52,194 bases of DNA from Azolla caroliniana (GCA_043228905.1 JBHGNT010000210.1:1-52194), one strand, 5' to 3'. Positions 13,536 through 25,500 are shown, counted from the first letter of the stretch. The notes: generated by a model not told the origin, from the letters alone. Program-made: numbers and translations.

Positions 13536-14830
13536 GTAGCCATGTGTTTTCATGAGTACATATGTGCCAATCGGGTTGTACTTTGATCGGATCAGGATCT
13601 ACAATCCATTTATGACTAGTATAAGCGAGTACTTGAATTGCGTTATTCTGTGTTGGTGTCGCAGTGTCTCGCAATTCAGAGCCTTCGATCCTATCTGGTG
13701 TTCCCCTACCTCTCGGGATCAAATATCCATCCTCCTCGTAGCCTATCCATTTCTCCATTGTCGTCCTTTGAGTATTAGCTTCCCTAATCAGTAGAGCATT
13801 AATGATTTCCAATCTCATAGTCAATCCGCCCCTGATTCCATGGAGTATGTTGGCTTGATCTTGTAGTGGTAGTGACATAAACCGTCTCCAACATTCTATA
13901 CTTTTTCCTGGACCTTCTGCAATGTATCTCCATGACAACCCCTTACGTGATCCCGGTAGTTGATTAGATTCATCCTTGATACATGGGTTCCATAGGATAC
14001 GTTGATTGAGCCAAGTAGGTTCGGAACTTGGTTGATCGCACTTGAGCCCTCGTCTAATGTCACATCATGCCTTCCACATGGATGCACTTAATCTATCCTC
14101 CAATTGGTGGGAGAAACTAGGTTTGAGATCCATGTTTAGAATCCATCCCTTTTGGGGAGCCCAATTGACCCCTTTTCTTGGCCTAAAGTAAGCGAAACAT
14201 AACCATAGTAGAATTTTCCAACAGTCATTTCTTGGTTGGAGTCCTCGCACAAAATTTTTGGCAAGTACGGCTTTTGATTGTGAAACGGGATCAATAAGAC
14301 CCAATCCCCCTCTCGACTTAGGTGCTGTGAGTATAGGCCACGCCACCTTGGCACGCATTACATGATCTTCCTTACCATACCAAATGTAGTTGCGTACTAG
14401 TCGTTGAATCTGATCTATACTTTCCTTGGAGATTGTCCAACATGATAGATTGTACCATGTTGTTGCGAGTAGTACCTGGTTTGCCACTATGATGCGACCC
14501 CCTAGTGACAATTTTTTCAAACTCCAATGTATCAACTTTTGTTGAATGGAATGGATAACGGGTGCAATCATATTCTTTGGCGGTATGTTGAAACCAATTT
14601 GGAAACCCAAATATTTGGTGCTCGCTTCTTGATTGAACCATTTGAAAGCGGGATGTGGGTGCCACGTAGGATGTGGTTCATGAGAAAGCCATATTGCACA
14701 AGATTTGTGCCAATTGATCAAGGCATTGGAACTCTTGCAAAATAAGGCTAACCCACTTTCTAGCTTTTGGAGGTTTTCCAAGTCCCCTTGCAGGTAGACC
14801 GCTGTGTCATTTGCAAATTCTATATCCAGG
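13536..14830 (-). pseudogene. L1 ORF2, RT C-terminal half and downstream region
   Basis: EFANDT (FADD-equivalent), INWHKS, KYLGF, LSLGGRIIVANQVL, KVAW..PKSRGGLGL. Confidence 0.92.
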
Positions 14831-15221
14831 TGTAAAGAATCGGATATGATTCTTGTGAAGCGGAAGAGATGTGAGTTATGTGTGTGTATGAGAGAGAGAG
14901 AGATAGTGAGAGAGACAAGGAATAATACACAGAGAATACGCAAGGTAAAAGTATATTAACAAAGGAGAAAGACTCAACTTAATACAAGGTGGGAGGAGGA
15001 TGCTTTATATAGTCACCCTCTCTCTTCATTAACTACAAGACTCATGGAGCATGGGGAATGTGAAAGCTCATAAGTTATGTGTCATAGAATATGATTCTAT
15101 GACTCATACTAAATGCTAGAATACAAAGAGGTGACATAATGGTGACTCTTGACCGTTGGAGTGTCTATTCACTCTCAAGGTGAGTTCACACACTAGACCA
15201 AGTTGAGCTTGATTCTCAACA
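14831..15221 (-). repeat. Copia-2 3' LTR (minus orientation)
   Basis: Reverse complement of 16653-17053 with few differences. PPT at 15222-15233. Flanked by CCAGG (14826-14830). Confidence 0.95.
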
Positions 15222-15487
15222 CGCCCCCTCAAGCTCAAGTCGGGTTGGTTTCAGACGGTATCTGAAATCCGCTTCGACTTGCGTTCCGGAGTTCGCGTTG
15301 ACTCGCGTTGACTCGCATTTATGCGGAGTTGCGGAATCCGTGCTCCAGCTTGCGTTGTGCGTAGTTGCGAAGTCTGCGCTTCGGCTTGCGTCTTTCTTTG
15401 CGGCTTTGCGCGGTAGATCGGCTTCATTGCGTGGTTGTGTAATCCACGCGTTATTGCGTAGTGTGCGCAGTTTGCGGAATCCACGCG

Positions 15488-16123
15488 TTATTGCGTAATG
15501 TCTTCAGTACTCCCCCTCAAGCTTGGCAGGTCAGGGATCGTCAATCCGAGATCGGTCATGAATTGCCATAGCTTGTCGGCTCCTAAGGCTTTAGTGAAGA
15601 TGTCGGACGTTTGAAGGTCGGTGCTAATGTGTTGTAGGTCGACATCGCCAGCTAGAATGTGCTCTCGGATGAAGTGATAGTGCACTTCGATGTGCTTTGT
15701 TCGCGTATGGAATACCGGGTTCCGAGCCAGATAGATACTACTCATGTTGTCGCAGTAAAGGGAAGTCCGATCCTTGATGGGTATGCCTAGACTCTTGAGT
15801 ATCCTTTTGGGCCATACGGCTTCACATGTGGCCACTGCCGCGCCCCTGTATTCCGCCTCTGTGCTTGAAAGAGCAACGGTAGGCTGCTTCTTGCTACTCT
15901 AGGATATTGCTCCACTACCGAGGGAGAAAACAAAGACGGAGGTTGATCTTCTATCTGCTTTGTAGCCGGCCCAATCGGCGTCTGTGTACCCCTCAAGTCG
16001 TATTGGCATCGCGGTCTTGTAGAGGATACCGTAATCCATTGTGCCACTCACGTATCGTAGAACTCGCTTAGCGCAATCCAAGTGAGTATCACACGGTGTT
16101 TGCATGAACTGACTAAGGAGACC
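15488..16123 (-). pseudogene. pol: Copia-2 RT end and RNase H
   Basis: [46 protein letters not shown]. Confidence 0.93.
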
Positions 16124-16324
16124 GCAACCCTATTGTCAGGGCTTGTATAAAAGGTGCTCACTGAGCACGGTGTATGTACAGATTGAGTATTATTTTGAAT
16201 TCAGTTTTCTGTGTGCACTCTCTCTATCTCTCCCGCGTACTGTGTATATTCAAGCTCTCCATTAAAACCTGCGTATTTTCTGCATTCGGTTTTCTATTGC
16301 TTCCGCACATAATCTTTTTCAACC
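16124..16324 (+). repeat. 3' portion of the Copia-3 3' LTR (displaced by inversion)
   Basis: Homologous to the distal part of solo LTR 9454-9902 (CTTGTATAAAA, CAAGCTCTCCATTAAA, GCTTCCGCAC). Its missing 5' portion is at 29750-29922 on the minus strand. Confidence 0.8.
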
Positions 16325-16652
16325 AACAACAAGGTAGTGGTGGTGCTACTAGATTTTGAGAAAGCATATGACAGGGTATGTTGGAACTTTCTAGAAAGTG
16401 TGATGGGGAAACTCGGCTTTCAAGAGACATGGATCAAAGGCATTGCAGGACTTTATAGGAACAACAACAGTTGCGTTTCACTAGCAGGTGAAAGGGGCCC
16501 CTTTTTCCGAATATCCTGATCTGTACGACAGGGATGCCCACTAGCTCCATCCTTCTTTCTATTATACGCCGAAGCACTCTCTTGCTTTCTCAACTCGCGG
16601 TATCTCAACCTATGTGGTCTTCCCATACCTCATTCTCACCAAAGCATCCTGG
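16325..16652 (+). pseudogene. L1 RT N-terminal motifs (inverted relative to the rest of the LINE)
   Basis: LLDFEKAYDRVCWNFL..GF..W, SVRQGCPLAP. Ends in CCTGG and joins DIEFAND of the minus-strand fragment ending at 14830. Confidence 0.92.
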
Positions 16653-17053
16653 TGTTGAGAATCAAGCTCAACTTGGTCTAGTGTGTGAACTCACCTTGAG
16701 AGTGAATAGACACTCCAACGGTCAAGAGTCACCATTATGTCACCTCTTTGTATTCTAGCATTTAGTATGAGTCATAGAATCATATTCTATGACACATAAC
16801 TTATGAGCTTTCACATTCCCCATGCTCCATGAGTCTTGTAGTTAATGAAGAGAGAGGGTGACTATATAAAGCATCCTCCTCCCACCTTGTATTAAGTTGA
16901 GTCTTTCTCCTTTGTTAATATACTTTTACCTTGCGTATTCTCTGCGTATTATTCCTTGTCTCTCTCACTATCTCTCTCTCTCTCTCTCTCTCTCATACAC
17001 ACACATAACTCACATCTCTTCCGCTTCACAAGAATCATATCTGATTCTTTACA
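16653..17053 (+). repeat. Copia-2 5' LTR
   Basis: TG...CA ends, TATA (CTATATAAAG), preceded by CCTGG and followed by a PBS. Confidence 0.95.
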
Positions 17054-17065
17054 TGGTATCAGAGC
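17054..17065 (+). other. Primer-binding site, tRNA-iMet
   Basis: TGGTATCAGAGC immediately after the LTR. Confidence 0.95.
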
Positions 17066-17212
17066 GATTTGGTTGCTTGATCTAGCCCATTCACCTCATC
17101 GTGATCGTGTGTTGTACTCCACGCTGACGACCAAGAACCGGCTCATCGCTATTGTAGCTTCGCTACATAGCACGCATTCGAAGAGAGAAGAAGAAGAAGA
17201 AGAATCGACATA

Positions 17213-18802
17213 ATGAATACTCAAATGGGGAGCGCTCTCCCTACCGAGAAGTTGGATCAAAACAACTTCGCATCTTGGGAGTACAAGATGCACCAATACC
17301 TTGTCAGACAAGGCTATTGGAGCTACATCAAAGGAGCACATGAAGACCAACCTACCAAAGCGGCTCCCGGATACGCGACATGGGAGCAAGCCACAAGCCG
17401 CGTGATGTATTGCTTGGCGACATGTGTTCATGATCACATGTTCGGCTACATTCGCGAAGCCAAGACGCCGAAGGAGGCATGGGAAAATCTACGAAAGATT
17501 TTCGCGGCGAACACAACCGCAAGACGACTTCAACTCCGCCAAGAGTTGAACAACATTCAACAAAGGGACATGTCCATTACGACATACACCTCGAAGATCA
17601 AGGAGCTTTGCGATTCTCTCGGCTCAATAAGCGTAAATATTGATGATGATGAGATGGTTCAAATATGCCTCGGCAGCCTCACACCACGGTTCGGCACGAT
17701 GCGAACCACCGTTCTAGCACGGGAGAAATCTCCCTCCTTCTTCGAGCTCCAATCAATGCTATTGGTCGAAGAAAACCACGTGCGTACAAGGAGCAATGAG
17801 TCGGAAGGCCATGTGCTCTACACGCACCCAAACAGAGGAAGAGGACGCAGACGGTCGAGAGGCCGATTCGGCCAAGGACAAGGCGGACGAGGTCCGACCT
17901 ACGATAACAACTCCCAATTTCGGCCGCAAAACGGAAGCCAACAAGGAACCTTCGAAAGAAGGGGGAGCTTCCACTCCGGCCCGAGCCATCAAAACACAAC
18001 CGAAAGCGGATATTGCGGAAAGCTCGGCCACCACGAAGAAGAGTGCCGAAAGAAGATGCGTGAATCGGCTTCCACAAGCCGACAACTCACGAATTACGCG
18101 CACAATTCCGACTACGAAGAGTATAATGAAATGTATGGACACAACTTCGACTACGAAGATCGTGGAGGAATGTATGCAAACAACTCTAACCGTGGCAGAA
18201 TGTACGGGCACAACCTTGACTACGAAGATCGTGGCAGAATATATGCACACAATTCCGACCGTGGCGGAATGTTCATGATGAAACATAGAGCAAACTCTAT
18301 GTCGGCCTCTACCTCAACTCGTGCCCTCAATCCGGAGGACGTATGGTTGTTGACTCCGGAGCCTCAAACCATATGACATCCCACAAAGAATGGTTTCTCG
18401 AACTTCGAGAGCCGGAGCGACCCGGCTATGTCAAAACCGGAGATGACACTACGTACCCGATTCGGCACATCGGCAATGTTCCGTTCGGAAAAGAAGGTAA
18501 GCAAAATTACATTAAAAATGTCTTGCATGTACTCACCATTACGAAGAATTTGGTCTACGTTGGCCAAATTGTAGAGCAAGGGATGCAAGTTCGATTTAAT
18601 CAAGGCGGTTGCTTCATAAAAAAAGAGGGCTGACTCATCGCACGCGGACGAAGAGAGAGCCGAATGTTCATTCTCGACTCACACGAGATGAAATCGGCCA
18701 TGTTCGCAAAGGGCATGAAAGCCGACTCCGTCATAGAGTTGTGGCAAAAACGAATCGGCCACATCAATCTCAACAAACTCAAAGCAATGAAATTGAAAGG
18801 AG
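17213..18802 (+). pseudogene. gag: Copia-2 gag, protease and start of integrase (frameshifted, cut by the Gypsy insertion)
   Basis: EKLDQNNFASW, TPKEAWENL, degenerate zinc knuckle (YCGKLGH..EEC), VDSGASNHMT, LWQKRIGH. Confidence 0.92.
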
Positions 18803-19191
18803 TGTTGTCTGCCTGGCCGGACTAGCCTCAACACAGGTGTCTATCCGACACTTCTCCAAAGGGGTGGTAAGGAGTGGATGCTAGGTTACACGCGTAAGAT
18901 GATTACACTAAGCACAGACGGTAAAACAATACAAAGATACAGATAAACACGCAATAATTACTTTTGTATTACTTCCGTAAAGCCTTTACAAATCATCGGA
19001 TCCTTTTATAGGCATCCGGCAATGTTACAATCGGTGCGCTTAGGCAACCGGCATCCGAATCGGTCCGGATCCAGATCGATACAACTGTACCGGATCTGTC
19101 CCTCCGAATAATAATTATACTATTATTTACTTCCTATTATCCGATCCGACTCCGCCTTCCCACTTGTCCTTGCTCTTCTGATCGGTCAACA
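18803..19191 (-). repeat. Gypsy 3' LTR
   Basis: TGTTG...CAACA ends; TATA CCTATAAAAGG on the minus strand. Shares motifs (ACAGGTGTCTA, GACACTTC, CCAAAGGG, ACACGCGTAAGAT) with solo LTRs 20012-20423 and 35424-35859. Confidence 0.85.
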
Positions 19192-19241
19192 CATGGCACG
19201 CCCGTGGGAAAGTGCCTTGCACTTCGAATCCACTCCCGGCC

Positions 19242-22200
19242 TCATTCTTCCTCCAAAATATCGAGCACACTCTGCTCGAAGGTGTCAAGTGGTGCTTCTC
19301 CCTCCAACTGGTCCTTGCCTGCCTGGTCTCTGACCTCCGGTTGGGTTGGCTGTTCCGTAAAAATTTGCTGCTCCGGCTCTGCTTGATTCTGTGGTGCCGG
19401 TGCTTCCTCACCGCTCCGTCCGGGTTCTTCCTGTTCTCCCTCCGTTTCAGGCTCTGTTCTGTTACCAGTGTCGCTTTCTCCGGTCTCGACTGGTCGGCTC
19501 GGTGCGCCTTCTTCCTCTGCTCCGGTGTCTTCCGGTCTCAGCTCTTCTTCTTCTCCGGGATCGGTCTGCTCCTGCTCTTCTTGATTTCCTTCGAACGGAA
19601 GTTCTTCTTCGGGTATTCCTTGTCGGGGTTGTTCGGTGTCGGTTGGTTCAACTTCAGCCGGTCGCTCTCCCTCACTTATAGTGATTGGCGTCGTTCTTCC
19701 CTTGGCTTCCTGTCGTAACCGGTCCTGCTCGTATTTCTCCAACTCCAACTGAGTTGCGAGCTGCCCGTCATCCAACCTCTCTACCAACCCTCAGATTTCT
19801 TTGAGATGTTCTTCCGCTAAAGCGTAGAAATCCTCCGACAATTCTTCCCGAATGGCGACGATATTTTCTTCATCCATCTTGTAGAACTTGTCACCAGTCT
19901 TCCTCCGATTCTCGGCATCAGCTCGGAGTGTCTGCGGCTCGGCTGCCTGTTGTGACCACTCCTTCCATAGCTTTTCCGTACTTTCATTGATGCTTGCCTG
20001 AGCTCGGGTACTCCAGAGTGGGAAACGGAGAGCTAATTAAGTAGTAGGAATGTGGTTGTAATTAAGCTATGAGTGTGGACGGACGGACCGGAATCGGTAT
20101 GCCGTTCCGGATCCGGACCGATCCCGAACAGGTGCGGATGGCACCGTTTTGTAATACAGACCGGAAACCTATTTAAAGGCCCGGATACAATGTAATAGTT
20201 AGCGGTTAATTAATGAAAGCTTAAGCGTTGTTATATCTCTGTGTCAATTGCCGTTCTGTCTTAATTGTTATATCTTACGCGTGTTATGAAGACGATCCTA
20301 ATAAGTAACTTAACTAAGTCGGATTAAGCGTTGAAGTCTAATCCGGTTGCCGTAACACCCTTTGGTGAAGTGTCTCACATAGACACCCTGTGTTAGGCCA
20401 TTGTCCGGCCCGAAGAGTTAACACCTGACATGATGAGCTTGATCCGGTCAACCCCCGCCTTAGCATGCGCATAAGCTTCTTGCTTTTCCTTCCTTGCCCG
20501 TTTTATAATGTCAGCCATTATTTGAGCCTGGGCCTCGTAATCCGCTTTCTACTTTTCATAGGTACTTTGCAGTTTGTTGATCGTGAAGGTCGATCTTTCC
20601 TTTTCTTCATTCCTGATCTTGGTTAGATCCAGCTTTTCCCGCCTTAGCGCCTCTAATTCCTTCCTTCTCTCCGTCGCTTGGTTTATTTCTGCCGACAATG
20701 CTTCCTTTTTGGCACTGACCTCGTCCATTGTCTTAGCCAGGTCTAATCGGGTCTCTTTGAGCTGTTCTTTCAGCTTCTCTATTTGTCGGTCGTAGTCTGC
20801 TGCCCGTTTCTTGTTGTCCGACTCGGCCTGCTTGTGATCTCGGTAGCGTCAGTCGAAGTCCTCCGTCTTCTGCTTTAGGCGTCGGCTTACCTGAGCTCTT
20901 AACCGGTCGTCCCGGTCCTTCTGTTGTCGGAGTTCTTCCTGCAGTCGTTCAATCTCCTGCTCGGCATGTCGACGCAGTCGGTCCTTCTCCTTTTGCAGCT
21001 TCTCTTTCTCTTCTTGCAGTCGGTCATTAGTGGCTCGGCCTTTCCGGAGGCCTTCTTCCATTTTCCGTCTGTCGTCCTCCACCGCTTTCCGCTGCTCCCT
21101 TTCTTTTTCCCTTAATGCCTCCTGAGCTTTTAACTCCTCTCGTAAGGTTTCTATTATTTTTTCGGTCTCAGGGCCGGTTTGCAAGGCTACCGGTTCTGGT
21201 TGCTTCCTTGTTGTCCCGACCGGCTCGGTGACAACTTGTGCTTGTTGAATTCCTTCCCTTGCCTGCAACAGCTCCCCTTGCAATTCCTCGATCTGTGTTC
21301 GGAGCGTGACCAACTCCTGGGTTGCTGTATGCGTCAGATGTTGCCTACACGTTTCTTCTTCCTCTAACTGGTCCGCTACTCCCGATAACTGCTCCGAAAG
21401 CCATCACAGCCATTGTGGCTTTGTGCTTCCTGTGTCGGGGTAGCATTGCTCACTTCTACCCCTTAACTCAGGCTGTTTTTACGGCCTTTTCTCTGGCTCC
21501 GACGCTTGTTCATTCCTCTTCTTTGGGATGACCGGTTCTCTGAAGTCCGGCAAAACCGGTGTCGGTGCTGCTTCCCTCGGTACGGGTTCCGGTACTGCTT
21601 CCGCCCCGGCTACTGGAGGTGGTCCTTGCGCCCTCTGCTGAGTTTTGTCAATTGGTGGAGCCGGTCGTCTCGCCCGTCTCTCCCGACCTTGTCTTGCTGG
21701 GAGTCTTACCAGTGGTTCAGATGAGTCTTCTGTTTCAGCTTCCTCCTCCGGTGCGGCTACCAGACGGACCTTTTGTATAAAGAACTCTGGTTCCGGTTCC
21801 GGCCGTCGCAGCGTTATATTGATTGGTTTGAGCGCTACCAGTTCCTCCTCGGCCGATTTTCCTTTGCCTTTTCTTGCCAGTTTTGCCTTTGTTGCCGGTT
21901 CCTGTTGCTGTCGGGATGGTCCTTCCTCCTGCTGTTCTGCTTCTTCCTGGGTCCATCCGGGGGTGTGTTTCTCCAGGATATGTCGGCGCTTTGTGACCTT
22001 TTTCGGCGTCGTCTCCTTCCGACCTCTTTTCTTTTGTTTGATGGGGAGCACCGGTGGGACTAACACCGTTAGCCATTGTGCTATCCCGGCCCATGGCTTT
22101 TTTCCTTCCACAAGGTTCTTGATTGCCTCCTTCAATCCTTCGGTTATGAAATGGAGCCAGTCCACTTGTAATCCTTCGTACGTTGCAATTAAGAACGTTG

Positions 22201-22555
22201 CCCGGTACCTGGCTATGGCCGGGGGACGAGGATTCACGAATCCGTATTCCATCATGGCGCGGGCCACTTCTCCGAACAGCAGGTTCTCTCCGCCCTGTGT
22301 TCGGTACGCCTTGCTACTGATGGAATACTCACCGAAATATTCGAACAGGATTTCACTTGAAGGGTTTTCGATTGTTTGAAGTCCTCCTGCTTTTATCCCC
22401 GTGAGCGCCTGCACCGCTCCTTCCGTGATTTCTGATAAATCAATCGATGCTGCCGCCTGCTCTGGTTCTGCGTGTGGTGGAGCGTCGGCGATCCGCAACA
22501 ATCCTTCTAACCCGTTCTCCCTCATCCATTGGCGTGCCTCCTCCGACAATGCCAT
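19242..22555 (-). pseudogene. Extra ORF of the Gypsy element: globular N-terminus, Pro/charged linker, long coiled coil, acidic tail; disrupted
   Basis: ORFs 21479-22555, 20849-21313 and 19242-19787 on the same strand, between the integrase stop and the LTR. Interrupted by stops and by solo LTR 20012-20423. Confidence 0.75.
20012..20423 (+). mobile_element. Solo LTR (Gypsy-related), missing about 20 bp of its 5' end
   Basis: Near-identical reverse complement of 35424-35859. Ends TTAACA. TATA CCTATTTAAAGG. Confidence 0.9.
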
Positions 22556-25500
22556 TGGTTCGAATTCTTCTTCTGCTGTCTATTGTTCGGGATCGGGCTG
22601 TGTGTGCGCTGTGCGTCGGATCGCTCTTCTGTGCTTCAGCGCCTGTGTGTAGGAAAATTCTTAAAAAGTAAGTCCTTCGCAGGCCTGTGTCTTATATAGT
22701 GGCTTTTGCCTCGAGCCGCCCTTTTTCGTTTCCCGCGCATGTCCATCTCCCGCCATAATTAGTATGTCTTTTCTTGCTTGCCGCGTGTGAGTAACCTCGT
22801 ATGTCGGTGCCCACGTTCCATGCTTTAAATAGCAAGTACACGCACGTCCTCCTTTACTTCATGGCGCCTCTTCGTTGCATGGTGGCGCTCCCACCTCTTG
22901 TGATCTCCCCATCATTACTATGATTTTTTCTTCTTTTTTTTTTCTTTTTTTTTTTCTGTTTGTTTGGACCACGTCATTTTCTGGTCCCCCCCGATTTGTT
23001 CGGGTTGGTTTGCGCTGATACCGGATCCTTCTGTCGGTTTTCTAGGATAGTCTTTGTCAGTATCGGTGTTGGTTCTTCCTCGATCCGGATATCTGCAGCA
23101 GCGTCTGTCGGTGTCGGTTCTTCCTCGGTCCGGATTTCCAGGTTTTGCTTGAACGGGTTGGCTGGCATATTTCCCTTATACGGCTTTAGCCGAAACCCAT
23201 TTGCCCATTTACCGATGACTTCCCCAGACAACGTGCCGAGCTGATACGACCTATTGTACTGCTTGGTGATCCAGAACGGTCCGGTCCACCGAAACCGCAA
23301 CTTTCCCGGCATGTTCCCCATTCGTGTCTGGAACAGTAGCACCGGTTTCCTGACTTTGAACTCCTTTTCGTTGCCACGCCGGTGTCGGTCCACGAAAGCT
23401 TTTCTCCTCCTTTGCTCCAGTTTGAGTTGTAGTAAGCTGGCTATTCGGTTTTCTTCTAATTCCAACAACGTCGCCAGCCGAATTCGTTCAGACTCCTTCT
23501 CACTTAAGCGCTCCTTTACTTGGATCCGTAAGCTGGGGATTTGGAACTCTACCGGCATGACCGCTTCTAAACCGAATGCTAGTCGGAACGGGGTTGTTCG
23601 GATGCTGGTTTTGTACGTTGTTCGGTACGCCCATAGCGTGCTCTGCAACTTCGTATCCCAGTCGGTCCGGTTCTCGTTGACGATTTTTCGTAGGATGTTC
23701 TGCAGAGTTTTGTTCGTCGATTCCGCGAGTCCATTGGCTTGAGGGTAGTAGGGAGTACTCCTTTTATGTACCACCGCGTAAAATGCAGTCAGGCTTTCTA
23801 CTACCTACCCGAGAAAGTGTCCTCCTTGGTCACTTATAAGCTCGATCGGGCATCCATACCGGCACCATATGCACTCGTACAGGAACTTTGCCGTGGACAC
23901 GGCCGTGTTGTCCCGTAAGGCCTTTGCTTCTACCCATTTGGTGCAATAGTCGGTCGCCACTATGACATACCGATTTCCGGTTCGCATTGCCGGTGGCTTG
24001 AAGGGACCGACAAAGTCCAAACCCCACTTTTGAAATGGTTCCAATGGCAAGACCGGGTGGTGTGGCATCCGGGCCTGCTCCGTAGGTTGGCCCAGTCGTT
24101 GACACAAATCGCATTCTCTGCTATACTTCACGGCATCTTTTAGGGTGGTGGACCACCACAGTCCGCTCTGCCATATTTTCCGAGCGGTTGCGTCGCCGGC
24201 ATAATGCCCGCCGGCAATTCCATAGTGGGCTTCCCTGAGGACTAGATCCTTCTCATCGCTCCGCACTGCTCGTCTCCAGATGCCATCTGCCCCCTTGTGA
24301 TAGAGGGTGTCTCCAACCAAGTAGAAATGTCTGCTTCTTACTGCTACCCTTTTCCTTTCATCGCGGTCCATGTTCTCCGGGGGTACTCCGGTGCTCAGGA
24401 ACTGATGCATCTCAGTTAGCCATGTGTCTTCATCGGCTACCGTTGCATCCGTTGCCGGTTCCGTCGTGATCCGGAACAACTCGGCGTCGGGGAACACATC
24501 CTGGACGCCGTCCCCTGCTTCTCCGGATTCGAGTCTGCTTAGGTAGTCCGCTACTACATGCTGCGCCCCGGGTTGGTGGAAAATGTCGAATTCAAATTCC
24601 TGTAACAGTAGTGTCCATCGTGCAATTTTTCCCGTCAGGGATGCCTTCGAGACCAGGTAGAGTAGTGTCGAATGGTCGACATGGAAGGAAAACTTCCTTC
24701 CGAGCAGATAGTGCCTGTACTTTGTGACACTGTACACCATTCCTAATGCCTCGCGTTCCGTCGTAGAGTAGTTCCGTTCGGCTTTTGAGAGTTTCCGGCT
24801 TGCGTAGTACACCGGCCGGTACCATTTCGGCTCCGTGAGTTGCATCAGAACGCTGCCGATTGCTACGTCCGACGTGAAAGCTTTTACTCCAATCCGGCGG
24901 TTGCACCACCGGAGCTTGCGACAACATAACCTTCAACGCTTGGTAGGCTTTCTCCTCCGTCTCCGCCCATAGGAAGGGTACTCTGTGTACAGTGGTATGC
25001 AAAGGTGTAGCGAAGTCTGCGAGGTGCCGTATCATCCGGCTATGCCACCTTATTTGGCCCAGGAACCGGCTTAAAGCCTTTGCGTTATTTGGTGCTGGTG
25101 CCTCAAGAGTCGCCTTTACTTTATCCGGATCTACCGCGATTCCTTCCTTACTCACCACGTGCCCTAGTAAGTTGCCGCTTGCCACTCCAAAGACGCACTT
25201 GGCCGGGTTCAGACTCAACCGGTACTCGCGGCACTTCTCCAAGCACAGCCGGAGGTGATCGAGATGCTCTCAGTTGTCGTGAAGATCCGTCACTACGCGC
25301 GGATCGTGAGGCGGAACCGCCGGGGTTCTGGACCAGAAGGATTTAGAGTCGATACAAGCTTTGGCGAGAAAGTACTTAAGATAGATTGGAAAAGAGAGAA
25401 GTTGAGATTACACGATCAATTTGATAACGAATTTCTTCCTCTTAATTTTCATAAAAAAAAAAAACCATGTTTTTCTCCTCCCCCTTCCCTCTTTTATAGA

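Noticed and set aside
14065-14943. 292-aa ORF with an apparent signal peptide
   Set aside because: Chimeric: the hydrophobic N-terminus is read from the Copia-2 LTR and fused by insertion to L1 RT.
19997-20001. CCTGA as the TSD of solo LTR 20012-20423
   Set aside because: The 10 nt after it continue the host ORF frame (TRAQASINE) and are not LTR sequence. The true LTR end and TSD appear deleted, so the match is probably chance.
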